From contig LCHW01000002.1 of assembly GCA_001000675.1 (NCBI GenBank), positions 5,310-69,309 on the forward strand: 64,000 nucleotides of DNA, read 5' to 3'. Below the pieces are notes generated by a model. The model had not been told where the DNA came from. It searched no databases and was given only the letters and a program-made list of their open reading frames with translations. Both the position numbers and the translations under genes were made by a program. Each line of letters starts with the position of its first letter. Positions within the stretch are counted from its first letter, which is position 1. This document shows, piece by piece, positions 55,796 through 64,000 of the stretch. This DNA is from Candidatus Wolfebacteria bacterium GW2011_GWE2_44_13 (GTDB lineage Bacteria > Patescibacteriota > Minisyncoccia > UBA6257 > UBA9933).

Positions 55796-56425
55796 ATGGC
55801 GCAATGTGTCACAAGCGAACAGTATTTCGATTTGGATGGGAAGTTGACGGAGATTAAACGACAGCTTCGGCAGAAAAGCGGTTACCCATTTGATCTAGTG
55901 CAGTTAGAGAATCATCTGCAGGCTGCAATCGAAGGGAAGTTTGGGGTGGTGGAGCCGGGAGAGAAATTTAAACTGTTCGCCGACCTTGGCTTTATTACGG
56001 TGCCGGATGACTACGTCTGCAATACAGTGTTTAACCACGTGGATTTCTCGAATCCGAGCGTGATACTAAGGCCCGGCGACAATTTTGCTGTGCGGGTGTA
56101 CAAGATACTGTATGAAACGGTGACCTCGGAAGAATGTTTGAAATTTCTCGAAGGAAGAGATGAGGGAAATATTTTTCTTGGCGCGCAGGGTATCTCAGTT
56201 ATATGCGAGGCGAAGGATCTTAAATTACCACAAGGGTTCTCGTGTGTAGCGTTTGATCGGAAGGAGAACCTTCCATTTGTGAGGGGCTCGCATTATGTTC
56301 CGGCTGTGCGAGTGGAGAGTGACGGGAGCTATTACCGTCACTTGGGCTCTTTTGAGCGCAGGTGGCTTGGTCAATGCGACGTCCTGCTCGGTTTTAGCTA
56401 TCCGAAACCGATTCGGATATTTTAA
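55796..56425 (+). CDS. Hypothetical protein
   Basis: Promoter TTGACG-17-TATACA, SD GAGGAGG, terminator ~56444-56471. Confidence 0.8.
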   Translation: MAQCVTSEQYFDLDGKLTEIKRQLRQKSGYPFDLVQLENHLQAAIEGKFGVVEPGEKFKLFADLGFITVPDDYVCNTVFNHVDFSNPSVILRPGDNFAVRVYKILYETVTSEECLKFLEGRDEGNIFLGAQGISVICEAKDLKLPQGFSCVAFDRKENLPFVRGSHYVPAVRVESDGSYYRHLGSFERRWLGQCDVLLGFSYPKPIRIF

Positions 56426-56516
56426 AACGGTTAGGAGATAACAACCCCCTGCGAAAGCAGGGGACTTTTTTATCCAATAAAGTTGCATCCGTGGGTAAAT
56501 CGTATAGAATAGGAAC

Positions 56517-56828
56517 ATGACCCATATTACTGAAGAGACCTTGGAATACCTAGCAAAGCTGGCGCGTATGGATTTGGCCGATAGTGAAAAAGCGAAGCTT
56601 GCAGGAGATTTGGAGGAGATATTGAACCATTTTGAAGAATTAAACGAAGTAGATACAACAAACGTAGAACCGATGACCGGAGGTACTGCTCAGCGGAATG
56701 TTTTTCGTGAAGATGAAGCAGAAACAAGAAAAGAAATGAACGGCTCTGCAGACGATATTATTGCCGCATTCCCAAGTCATGAACGCGGGTATTTGAAAGT
56801 GCCTGCTGTATTCGGGGAGCAGGAGTAA
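56517..56828 (+). CDS. gatC: Asp/Glu-tRNA amidotransferase subunit C
   Basis: LAKLAR, L.EVDT..VEP, FRED, KVP.V. Confidence 0.93.
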   Translation: MTHITEETLEYLAKLARMDLADSEKAKLAGDLEEILNHFEELNEVDTTNVEPMTGGTAQRNVFREDEAETRKEMNGSADDIIAAFPSHERGYLKVPAVFGEQE

Positions 56829-56838
56829 ACAAATTATT

Positions 56839-58296
56839 ATGACTTTACTAAAAGATCTTACAATAAAAAAGATTCACGATGGACTCGTGAATAAAGAATT
56901 TACTGCGTTCGAATTAACGAAAGAATTTTTTGATTATATTGAAACAAGAGATGCCGAAGTGCAGGCATATTTAAGCTTGGATAAAGTTGGCGCGCTAGCT
57001 GCAGCTGAACAAGTTGATATTGCGATTGCAAAAGGAGAAGAAATCGGAATGTTGGCGGGCGTACCAATGGCAATCAAGGATAACTTGCTCGTAAAGGGGT
57101 TGCCGGCAACTGCAGCATCAAAGATGCTAGAAAATTATACAGCCGCATATGACGCGACAGTAATTAAAAAGCTTAAAGAAGCAGGGGCCATCTTTTTGGG
57201 AAAGGCAAACATGGACGAATTTGCCATGGGCTCTTCAACGGAGAACTCAGCATTCAAAGCGACAAAGAATCCACACGATCTCGAGCGCGTTCCGGGAGGT
57301 TCTTCAGGAGGATCTGCTGCGGCAGTGGCAGCACATATGGCAGTTGCTGCATTAGGAACTGATACCGGAGGGTCAATTCGTCAGCCGGCAAGTTTGTGTG
57401 GAGTTGTCGGATTAAAGCCGACGTATGGTGCAGTATCTCGTTCGGGGGCTATTGCGATGGCCTCGAGCCTTGACCAAATTGGACCGCTTACAAAAACCGT
57501 AGAAGATGCGGCGATTGTGTTTAGCGTTATCAAAGGAAAAGATCCACTTGATGCAACGAGCGTTGATGTTGTATATGGTGATGAACTGCTCAACCCAAAG
57601 TTGGAGGATATAAAAAAGTTGCGCATAGGGCTTCCTAAAGAATACTTCATCGAAGGAATGGATGATTATACAAAGGGAGAAATAAATAAGGCAATCGAAA
57701 AGATAAAGAGCCTCGGAATCGAAGTGAAGGAAATTAGTTTGCCGAACACGAAACATGCGTTGTCGTGCTATTACATTATTATGCCTGCAGAAGTAAGTTC
57801 GAACATGGCGCGCTTTGATGGTATTCGCTATAGCCGATTAGATGCGTTACAGGAAAACGAGCCAAAGACCTTATTGGGGATTTATCATGAACAGCGCGGG
57901 CAAGGATTTGGAAAAGAAGTGCGTCGCCGTATTATGTTAGGGACCTATGTGTTGTCGTCTGGATATTACGATGCCTATTATGCAAAAGCACAAAAGGTGC
58001 GTAAGTTAATTAAAGAAGATTTTGACAATGCATTCAAGGAAGTTGATGTTATTTTGACGCCGGTATCACCGACCGCTGCATTTAAAATTGGAGAAAAGAC
58101 GAGTGACCCGTTGCAAATGTATCTCTCTGATATTTTCACACTCACGCTTAACCTTGCTGGGTTGCCAGGGATTTCGATTCCGGTAAAACAGTATGAGGGT
58201 ACTAGTGAGTTGCCGGTAGGATTTCAACTTGTAGGAAAGGCATTCCGTGAAGCAGACATTCTTGGTATTGGACAATTCTATGAACGAATTCGTTGA
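56839..58296 (+). CDS. gatA: Asp/Glu-tRNA amidotransferase subunit A
   Basis: DEFAMGSS, GGSSGGS, DTGGSIRQPA, RRIMLGTY. Confidence 0.97.
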   Translation: MTLLKDLTIKKIHDGLVNKEFTAFELTKEFFDYIETRDAEVQAYLSLDKVGALAAAEQVDIAIAKGEEIGMLAGVPMAIKDNLLVKGLPATAASKMLENYTAAYDATVIKKLKEAGAIFLGKANMDEFAMGSSTENSAFKATKNPHDLERVPGGSSGGSAAAVAAHMAVAALGTDTGGSIRQPASLCGVVGLKPTYGAVSRSGAIAMASSLDQIGPLTKTVEDAAIVFSVIKGKDPLDATSVDVVYGDELLNPKLEDIKKLRIGLPKEYFIEGMDDYTKGEINKAIEKIKSLGIEVKEISLPNTKHALSCYYIIMPAEVSSNMARFDGIRYSRLDALQENEPKTLLGIYHEQRGQGFGKEVRRRIMLGTYVLSSGYYDAYYAKAQKVRKLIKEDFDNAFKEVDVILTPVSPTAAFKIGEKTSDPLQMYLSDIFTLTLNLAGLPGISIPVKQYEGTSELPVGFQLVGKAFREADILGIGQFYERIR

Positions 58297-58807
58297 AGGA
58301 AGTAATAAAATAATACAATACTTATTTGATAAGTATGTAGCGACGCTTCCTGCGTTGCAGACTTTTGCGCTGGTAGTTTCTGGCGTGCTTCTTTTCTTTG
58401 TCGTTATGATGATGACGAAAGCAAATGTGGTTGGGGGCAAGCGAGATAAATTTATTGATAAATGGGGGCTTGCCGATATGGGAAAAGTAAAAATTGGACG
58501 CGCATGGAAAGAGCTTTTAGTAAGTGTCAGCACAGGGGACAGCGCAAAGATGAAAAAGGCGATTGGTGATGCGGATAAGATTCTTGATGAAGCATTGAAG
58601 ACGTTAGGATTTGTAGGGAAGAATATGAACGAACGGTTGAATACTGTAGATGCAGTGCGACTGCCGAATATAAAAGAAGTACAAGAAGCACATCGCATAT
58701 CGGAACGCATAAAAAAAGAACCAACATTTTCACTGACGCAACAAGAAGTATGGAACATTGTCGGTATCTATGAGAAGGCGTTTAAAGAATTTGGATTATT
58801 TAAATAA
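58280..58807 (+). CDS. Hypothetical single-TM protein
   Basis: AI.DADKILD..LK..G..G..M.ERL motif. Confidence 0.75.
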   Translation: MNEFVEGSNKIIQYLFDKYVATLPALQTFALVVSGVLLFFVVMMMTKANVVGGKRDKFIDKWGLADMGKVKIGRAWKELLVSVSTGDSAKMKKAIGDADKILDEALKTLGFVGKNMNERLNTVDAVRLPNIKEVQEAHRISERIKKEPTFSLTQQEVWNIVGIYEKAFKEFGLFK

Positions 58808-58812
58808 TCTGT

Positions 58813-59094
58813 ATGAAAAAACATCCAGTCATAATCGAAGGATATGATGGCACGTTTGAAGAGCTCGGAAGAAAAGTAGGTGAATTACGATACGATAAAC
58901 TTGCTGAGTTTCTTTTGCATCTGGAAAATGAACTTGCTCGTCAAGCGATTGCCGATAAAAAGCGTGGGCGTCCTAAACTTGCAAACCTAATTGAAGGCGT
59001 AGAATTGACGGTAAAAGACGGGAAAATAAAAACAGAGCGCCTCTTTGAATTCTGCAAAGCATTTATGCAGGAAGAACTAAATAACGATAAATAA
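58813..59094 (+). CDS. Hypothetical protein
   Basis: 93 aa, LRYD.L..FL..D..RGR.KLA. Confidence 0.7.
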   Translation: MKKHPVIIEGYDGTFEELGRKVGELRYDKLAEFLLHLENELARQAIADKKRGRPKLANLIEGVELTVKDGKIKTERLFEFCKAFMQEELNNDK

Positions 59095-59116
59095 AAATAT
59101 CGCCGAGGCGGTATTT

Positions 59117-59959
59117 TTATTTAAAACAACTATCAACGAGCGCTGTTTCGTAATCAAGCTTGCCGGACTTCACGAGGATGTCATAATCGGCCAGCATGCG
59201 CACAGTCGCTAAGTCGATGTATTGATTTTTTGCAAAAATATTGAATATCTTTGCAGGCTCTTCTTGATTAATAAACAATCGTTCGAGCGGGGCAAGACGA
59301 CTTGCTATCGGGCCTTGTTTTGAAACCGCATTGGTAAAGGCGAATATATCGGGGGACTCAAGATAGTCTATAAGGAGTTCAACGTCTTGTCGTGAAAGTT
59401 CACGCTTTGCATCATTAAAATAGAGTGCAACCTTTTCGAGCTCGTTCATAATAAGTTGCGTATCGCGGCGGAGCGCAAATACAAGGAAGTCCGCTGCTTC
59501 AGGAGAAATAAGGATTGAACGCTTCTTTGCTTCGGTCGCAATAAAAAAGGCAAGCTTCGCATCAGAAAGCGGATCAAATGTTTCAGCCATCGCAGGCTTA
59601 TTAAGAAGAAATAATAAATCTCTTGGAACGGTTACACGATCGCGCGGCCGCGAATTAGTTTCGTCGGTAAATTCAGAAATAAAAACGATAACACTTTCGT
59701 TGGCTAGTGCGGATTTGAGAATATGCTGTGCAGTATCGTCGCCTTTAATAGAAAAGGCATTGTCGATAAGTGCAAGCTTTTTATTCTCAAACATTGTTTG
59801 CTGTGAGCAAAAATCTTTAAAACGAAGCACTTCACTCTCGTCATCGAAATCAAAAGGATTGATCGAAAAAACAGCATATTTTTTCTGGTATGCCTTGGTG
59901 AGCTCGCGGAGACGTTGTTCGCGGCGATAGGTGTCAGCGCCGTGAAGGAAGGTAATCAT
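59117..59959 (-). CDS. holA: DNA polymerase III subunit delta-like
   Basis: MITFLHGADTY, ..MF..KKL, NELEKVALY, IFAF. Confidence 0.8.
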   Translation of the reverse strand: MITFLHGADTYRREQRLRELTKAYQKKYAVFSINPFDFDDESEVLRFKDFCSQQTMFENKKLALIDNAFSIKGDDTAQHILKSALANESVIVFISEFTDETNSRPRDRVTVPRDLLFLLNKPAMAETFDPLSDAKLAFFIATEAKKRSILISPEAADFLVFALRRDTQLIMNELEKVALYFNDAKRELSRQDVELLIDYLESPDIFAFTNAVSKQGPIASRLAPLERLFINQEEPAKIFNIFAKNQYIDLATVRMLADYDILVKSGKLDYETALVDSCFK

Positions 59960-60107
59960 TTTGCGTGAATAATGGAAAATGAAACACGAAACGTGGAATG
60001 GGTTGCTACCATCGGCGTTATCGTATACCTTTATAATATCGATAAACGGGACGATTGCAATAAGGCGGGTTCCCACCATTCGTTTTTCAGCTTTCATTTT
60101 TCGTGCT

Positions 60108-60785
60108 ATGCGTTTCGACATTATTACAATTTTCCCAAACATCTTTGACTCTTACTTCAATGAGTCTATTTTGAAGCGAGCAAAAGAAAAGAAGTTGTTA
60201 CAGATATATGTACATGATTTGCGCGCATACGCCACGGACAAGCACCACAAAACAGACGACCGCCCATTTGGAGGGGGTCCTGGAATGGTTATGAAAGTTG
60301 AGCCGCTCGTAAAAGCAATCACAGCGGTAGCGAAGAAGACAAAAAAGTTTGAAAAAGAAACGCGCATTATATTCTTTGCCCCAGGAGGCAAGTTGATTGA
60401 TGACGAATATGCAAATAAGACAGCAAAAAAAGTAAAAAGACTTATTTTGATATGTGCGCATTATGAAGGAATGGACGACCGTGTGAAAAAAATAGTGAAG
60501 GATCTCGGCTTTAAAAGCGAAGAGCTATCCATCGGGCCGTATGTATTAACCGGAGGAGAGCTGCCGGCTATGGTGATGGTGGATGCACTTGCGCGAAAAT
60601 TAGAAGGTGTATTGGGGAAAGGAGAATCACTTGAAGAATTACGCCATGGAGTGGGCGTGCCAGCTTTTACAAGACCAAGTGAGTTCGTGCACAAAGGGAA
60701 AAAATACAAAGTGCCGCCAATATTGTTGTCTGGAGATCACAAAAAAATAGACGAGTGGCGTGCACAGTATGGGAAAAAGTCGTAG
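60108..60785 (+). CDS. trmD: tRNA (guanine37-N1)-methyltransferase
   Basis: DDRPFGGGPGMV, YEG.D.R, SIG.YVLTGGE, LSGDH. Confidence 0.96.
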   Translation: MRFDIITIFPNIFDSYFNESILKRAKEKKLLQIYVHDLRAYATDKHHKTDDRPFGGGPGMVMKVEPLVKAITAVAKKTKKFEKETRIIFFAPGGKLIDDEYANKTAKKVKRLILICAHYEGMDDRVKKIVKDLGFKSEELSIGPYVLTGGELPAMVMVDALARKLEGVLGKGESLEELRHGVGVPAFTRPSEFVHKGKKYKVPPILLSGDHKKIDEWRAQYGKKS

Positions 60786-60894
60786 CAATGCATCGCCAAA
60801 ACAAAAGCACCACGTTGGTGCTTTTGTTTTAGTGAAAGGTAATATGATACTATATACGCAATAGCCACGCGTATGTGGTAACGATAAAAATTAT

Positions 60895-61755
60895 ATGCAT
60901 AAATCAAAATTCGTAACATATATAACAGCAGTCGTATTGACGGTTGGTATCGGTGCCGGACTTTCTGTCGCGGCAGATTGGGCTCCTCCTGTGCAGGAAG
61001 CTCCAGCAAGCAACGCCCCTGCGCCAATTAACGTGGGAGCAAATGCACAAACAAAAGATGGCCCAATAACGTTTCGAGGAATTATCGAGACAACCTTAGG
61101 AGGGATTAAATTTCCCGATGGAACAATACAAACAACAGCAAATACTGCAGGGGCCCCGGGTGCGCCGTATAACCTTGTCTTAAAGCAGACAGCATGTCAG
61201 TGGATTAGTCCGGCGGCGTCGGGGAAAGCAGTATGTCCAGCAGGGCAATACATGGCAGGGCAAATCACCGACGGAAGAAGCTATTGCTGTAATCCAACGG
61301 ATTCATTAAGTGAGGTTTGGGACGTTGTCGCAAGGGCGGATAAACCAGTACAAGATCTTTCTAATTGGTCAAACGAGAAGACGGTTACATGGGTTGCTGA
61401 TGCGCCAATAAACGGAGTGCGTGTTTCGGGGGATTCTAACGATGGAGGGTATTGCTATGCATCATGGGGTACGGGTCACGTTGCAACATACCTGCATGAC
61501 GGGAGATATGGGTACTACAACGTAAACAGACAGTCGTATAGCATATTTAGTTCGGGCTGTCCTACATATCCACCCTCATTCTCAAATGACGGGGTAGCGA
61601 AAATTTGCCAAGCATGGAGGCCACGAGGAACGCTCCCTACGAGAAAGACCGAAGTTGATATTCCAGCAGGAACGGTGATTACATTAAAATCAAACTTTAT
61701 GGATGGGGTAGATAGCGGACTCATTAATTGTAAGATGGAAGTAAAGCGACAGTAA
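60895..61755 (+). CDS. Secreted/surface Cys-rich protein
   Basis: Signal peptide, W.PP..AP..N.PAPINVG...Q.K.G and GGIKFPDGT.QTTA. Confidence 0.75.
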   Translation: MHKSKFVTYITAVVLTVGIGAGLSVAADWAPPVQEAPASNAPAPINVGANAQTKDGPITFRGIIETTLGGIKFPDGTIQTTANTAGAPGAPYNLVLKQTACQWISPAASGKAVCPAGQYMAGQITDGRSYCCNPTDSLSEVWDVVARADKPVQDLSNWSNEKTVTWVADAPINGVRVSGDSNDGGYCYASWGTGHVATYLHDGRYGYYNVNRQSYSIFSSGCPTYPPSFSNDGVAKICQAWRPRGTLPTRKTEVDIPAGTVITLKSNFMDGVDSGLINCKMEVKRQ

Positions 61756-61778
61756 TTAATAAACTATTCATTTACGCT

Positions 61779-62312
61779 ATGGAATCAAAAAACCTACAAA
61801 AATTAATTATTGGTTTCGCAGTTGCTGCACTTGTAATCTCTATTGGTGCGTTCGGTTTTGCGATGCGTGTATATCAAAATACTGGAGCGCAGAAGGAGAT
61901 GGTTGCAACAGAAGAGTCGGAGGGTATCGCTTCAGAAACGAGTGAGATATCCATAATACGCAATGGTTTTATCGGAGTGCCAAAGACAACAGCAATCCGA
62001 AATGAGGGGGATGTAAAGGTCCTCACGCTTCGAGGGCATGAAATCCAGGCAGGAGGGTTTGTTGCTGGGTATGAGCCTGTTCTTGCGTCCGACAACACAA
62101 TTCGCGAGATTCGTATCAGTAGCGAGACAGCAATAACCAAGCTTTCGTTTTCAAAAAGTAGCGAATCTCCTAAGATAGTGCAAATTGCATTTAAGGACCT
62201 GACTGAACTTATTGCAAAAGGGACATACTTAGCTAACTTTGAAGTTGAGGGAGCAACGCCTGCGAGTTTAGACCAAATAGCTCCTGCGTTGGATATTTAC
62301 GTTGAAGAATGA
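61779..62312 (+). CDS. Hypothetical single-TM protein
   Basis: 177 aa ORF following the previous gene. Confidence 0.7.
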   Translation: MESKNLQKLIIGFAVAALVISIGAFGFAMRVYQNTGAQKEMVATEESEGIASETSEISIIRNGFIGVPKTTAIRNEGDVKVLTLRGHEIQAGGFVAGYEPVLASDNTIREIRISSETAITKLSFSKSSESPKIVQIAFKDLTELIAKGTYLANFEVEGATPASLDQIAPALDIYVEE

Positions 62313-62449
62313 AAGGAATAAGCCTGAGAAACGTAGATGTAAGGGCGTTTTCGCTTACGGGAAGGAAAAATTAAGGAATAAGCAGTGGCCCTTGCCCCGA
62401 AAAGGTAAGGGCCTTGCATTTTTAGGGGTATTCTGCTATAGTAAATCCG

Positions 62450-62716
62450 ATGCTTACAAAACGAACAAAAGCAACAATCATAAAGGAGCACAAAACAAGT
62501 GATGCCGATACCGGCTCAGCTGATGTGCAAATCGCGATGCTCACCAAGCAGATCGCCGAACTTACTGATCACTTAAAGTTAAATCCGAAGGATAATCATT
62601 CCCGACGAGGCCTTTTGAAGATGGTAGGAAAGAGAAAGAGGCTTTTAGCTTATCTCTCACGGACTGACGTGGCTGGCTACGAAAAGATTCTCAAAAAGCT
62701 TAATCTTAAAAAATAA
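62450..62716 (+). CDS. rpsO: 30S ribosomal protein S15
   Basis: DTGS..VQIA.LT, HL....[13 protein letters not shown]. Confidence 0.97.
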   Translation: MLTKRTKATIIKEHKTSDADTGSADVQIAMLTKQIAELTDHLKLNPKDNHSRRGLLKMVGKRKRLLAYLSRTDVAGYEKILKKLNLKK

Positions 62717-62810
62717 GGAATTTTTCAAATTCCTTATTTTTTTAAGTTTCGGCACTCGCTTCAGACGAAATCAATTTTTTGTCTGAGGGCTCGCTAGGAA
62801 TTATAAGAAC

Positions 62811-63344
62811 ATGAGACACAGAGAACAACGAGTCGGAATATTTATCGACGTTCAAAATCTCTATCATTCGGCAAAAAATCTATACCAGTGTCGTATTAAC
62901 TATCAAGAACTGATGAAGAGCTTGGTGGGGGATCGAAAACTTATCCGAGCACTCGGATATGTGGTAAAGAGCGAATCACAAAACGAAGAACTCACTGCCG
63001 AGGCTTCGTTTTTTGATGCGTTGGTAAAAGAAGGCATCGATTTGCGTATGAAAGACTTGCAGGTGTATGCAGGCGGAATGAAAAAGGCAGATTGGGATGT
63101 AGGAATGGCGGTTGACGCTATCCGCATGTCAGATTCGCTCGATGTTGTTATTTTAGTGACGGGAGATGGTGATTTTATTCCACTAGTCGAATATCTGAAA
63201 TGGGGCAAAGGAAAATTGGTTGAAGTGGCTGGGTTTGGAAGAACAACGAGCCTTAAGCTAAAAGAAGCGACCGATTTATACATTGACCTTAAGGAAGTTC
63301 CTAGGATATTATTAAAAACAAGGGTAAGCAGAAGGTCTCGCTGA
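62811..63344 (+). CDS. NYN-domain (LabA/DUF88) protein
   Basis: FIDVQNLY, KADWDVG, TGDGDF.PL. Confidence 0.92.
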   Translation: MRHREQRVGIFIDVQNLYHSAKNLYQCRINYQELMKSLVGDRKLIRALGYVVKSESQNEELTAEASFFDALVKEGIDLRMKDLQVYAGGMKKADWDVGMAVDAIRMSDSLDVVILVTGDGDFIPLVEYLKWGKGKLVEVAGFGRTTSLKLKEATDLYIDLKEVPRILLKTRVSRRSR

Positions 63345-63449
63345 ACCGTATATGAAATAGCGGACAGAACACAATTTCTTTGCGATTTGCAAAGTGATTG
63401 AAATGTGTCCGGTACTTCACTATCGGGAAGCAAAGAGACTTACAATTAC

Positions 63450-64000
63450 ATGCAGTTAACGAAACAGGAGTTTGTCCTCGACGTTGCAGGAAAGCCATTC
63501 ACATTGACGGTGTCAGATTTGGCTAACCAAGCAAATGCTTCGGCTATCGGATCATATGGCGACACAGTCGTGCTTGTTACCGCGGTTATCGGTTCACAAG
63601 ACCGACCAACAGATTTTTTCCCACTCACTGTTGATTACGAGGAGCGGTTTTATGCTGCAGGAAAGATTCTTGGCAGCCGATTTATGCGCCGCGAAGGAAG
63701 GCCGTCCGATGAAGCAGTTCTTTCTGGACGCTTAATCGACCGCGCTATCCGACCGTTGTTTAATCATGACTTACGCCGCGATGTGCAGATTGTTATTACA
63801 ATTTTGTCTTATGACGGAGAGAACGATCCAGACTTCGTTGCATTTTTGACCGCATCGTCTGTATTGATGATGTCTGATATTCCGTGGAACGGACCTATCG
63901 GGGGTGTGCGATTGGCAAAGACAAAAGATGGCGAGTTTATCTTGAATCCAGAGAATTCAAAAGTAGAAGATAAAACAAAGCTTGCATACGAAGCGTTTAT
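63450..64000 (+). CDS. pnp: Polyribonucleotide nucleotidyltransferase, 5' part (runs off window)
   Basis: Own translation: LANQANAS..YGDTVVLVT..DFFPLTVDYEERFYAAGKI..RREGRPS..RLIDR.IRPLF. Confidence 0.95.
   Translation, partial: MQLTKQEFVLDVAGKPFTLTVSDLANQANASAIGSYGDTVVLVTAVIGSQDRPTDFFPLTVDYEERFYAAGKILGSRFMRREGRPSDEAVLSGRLIDRAIRPLFNHDLRRDVQIVITILSYDGENDPDFVAFLTASSVLMMSDIPWNGPIGGVRLAKTKDGEFILNPENSKVEDKTKLAYEAF

Noticed and set aside
62752-62797. Possible ncRNA between rpsO and the NYN gene
   Set aside because: Short hairpin flanked by CTCGCT motifs, more like a REP-type relic; too little evidence for a call.

Overview
AT-rich bacterial chromosome segment, genetic code 11. The gene set and style (split ComEC, short S1, GAD-less non-discriminating AspRS, VirB2/TrbC-like pilin triplet, many TrmB regulators, PaaX/Cas2-like solo gene, few Shine-Dalgarno motifs) suggest Patescibacteria/CPR, probably Parcubacteria; this is an inference. 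Housekeeping genes (gyrA, rpsA, rplS, aspS, ndk, rpmB, metG, gatCA, holA, trmD, rpsO, pnp) flank a ~27 kb array (20981-47634). The array holds 10 LivJ/K-type substrate-binding proteins and 9 regulators (8 TrmB-like, 1 double Lrp/AsnC), mostly as divergent pairs with candidate palindromic operators. One livH/M/G/F transporter is scattered through it. Other notable items: a tRNA-Pro(GGG) with an 84-nt insertion in its T-loop; a LAGLIDADG gene between a tRNA-Leu(GAG) remnant and an intact tRNA-Leu(GAG); a PaaX/Cas2-like gene bracketed by inverted ~38-bp palindromes; a compact 6S RNA; nested palindromic repeats; and about nine GC-rich orphan units, each with its own promoter, strong SD and terminator. 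All calls are by eye from motifs. No searches were run, and several start codons were re-picked from the ORF track.
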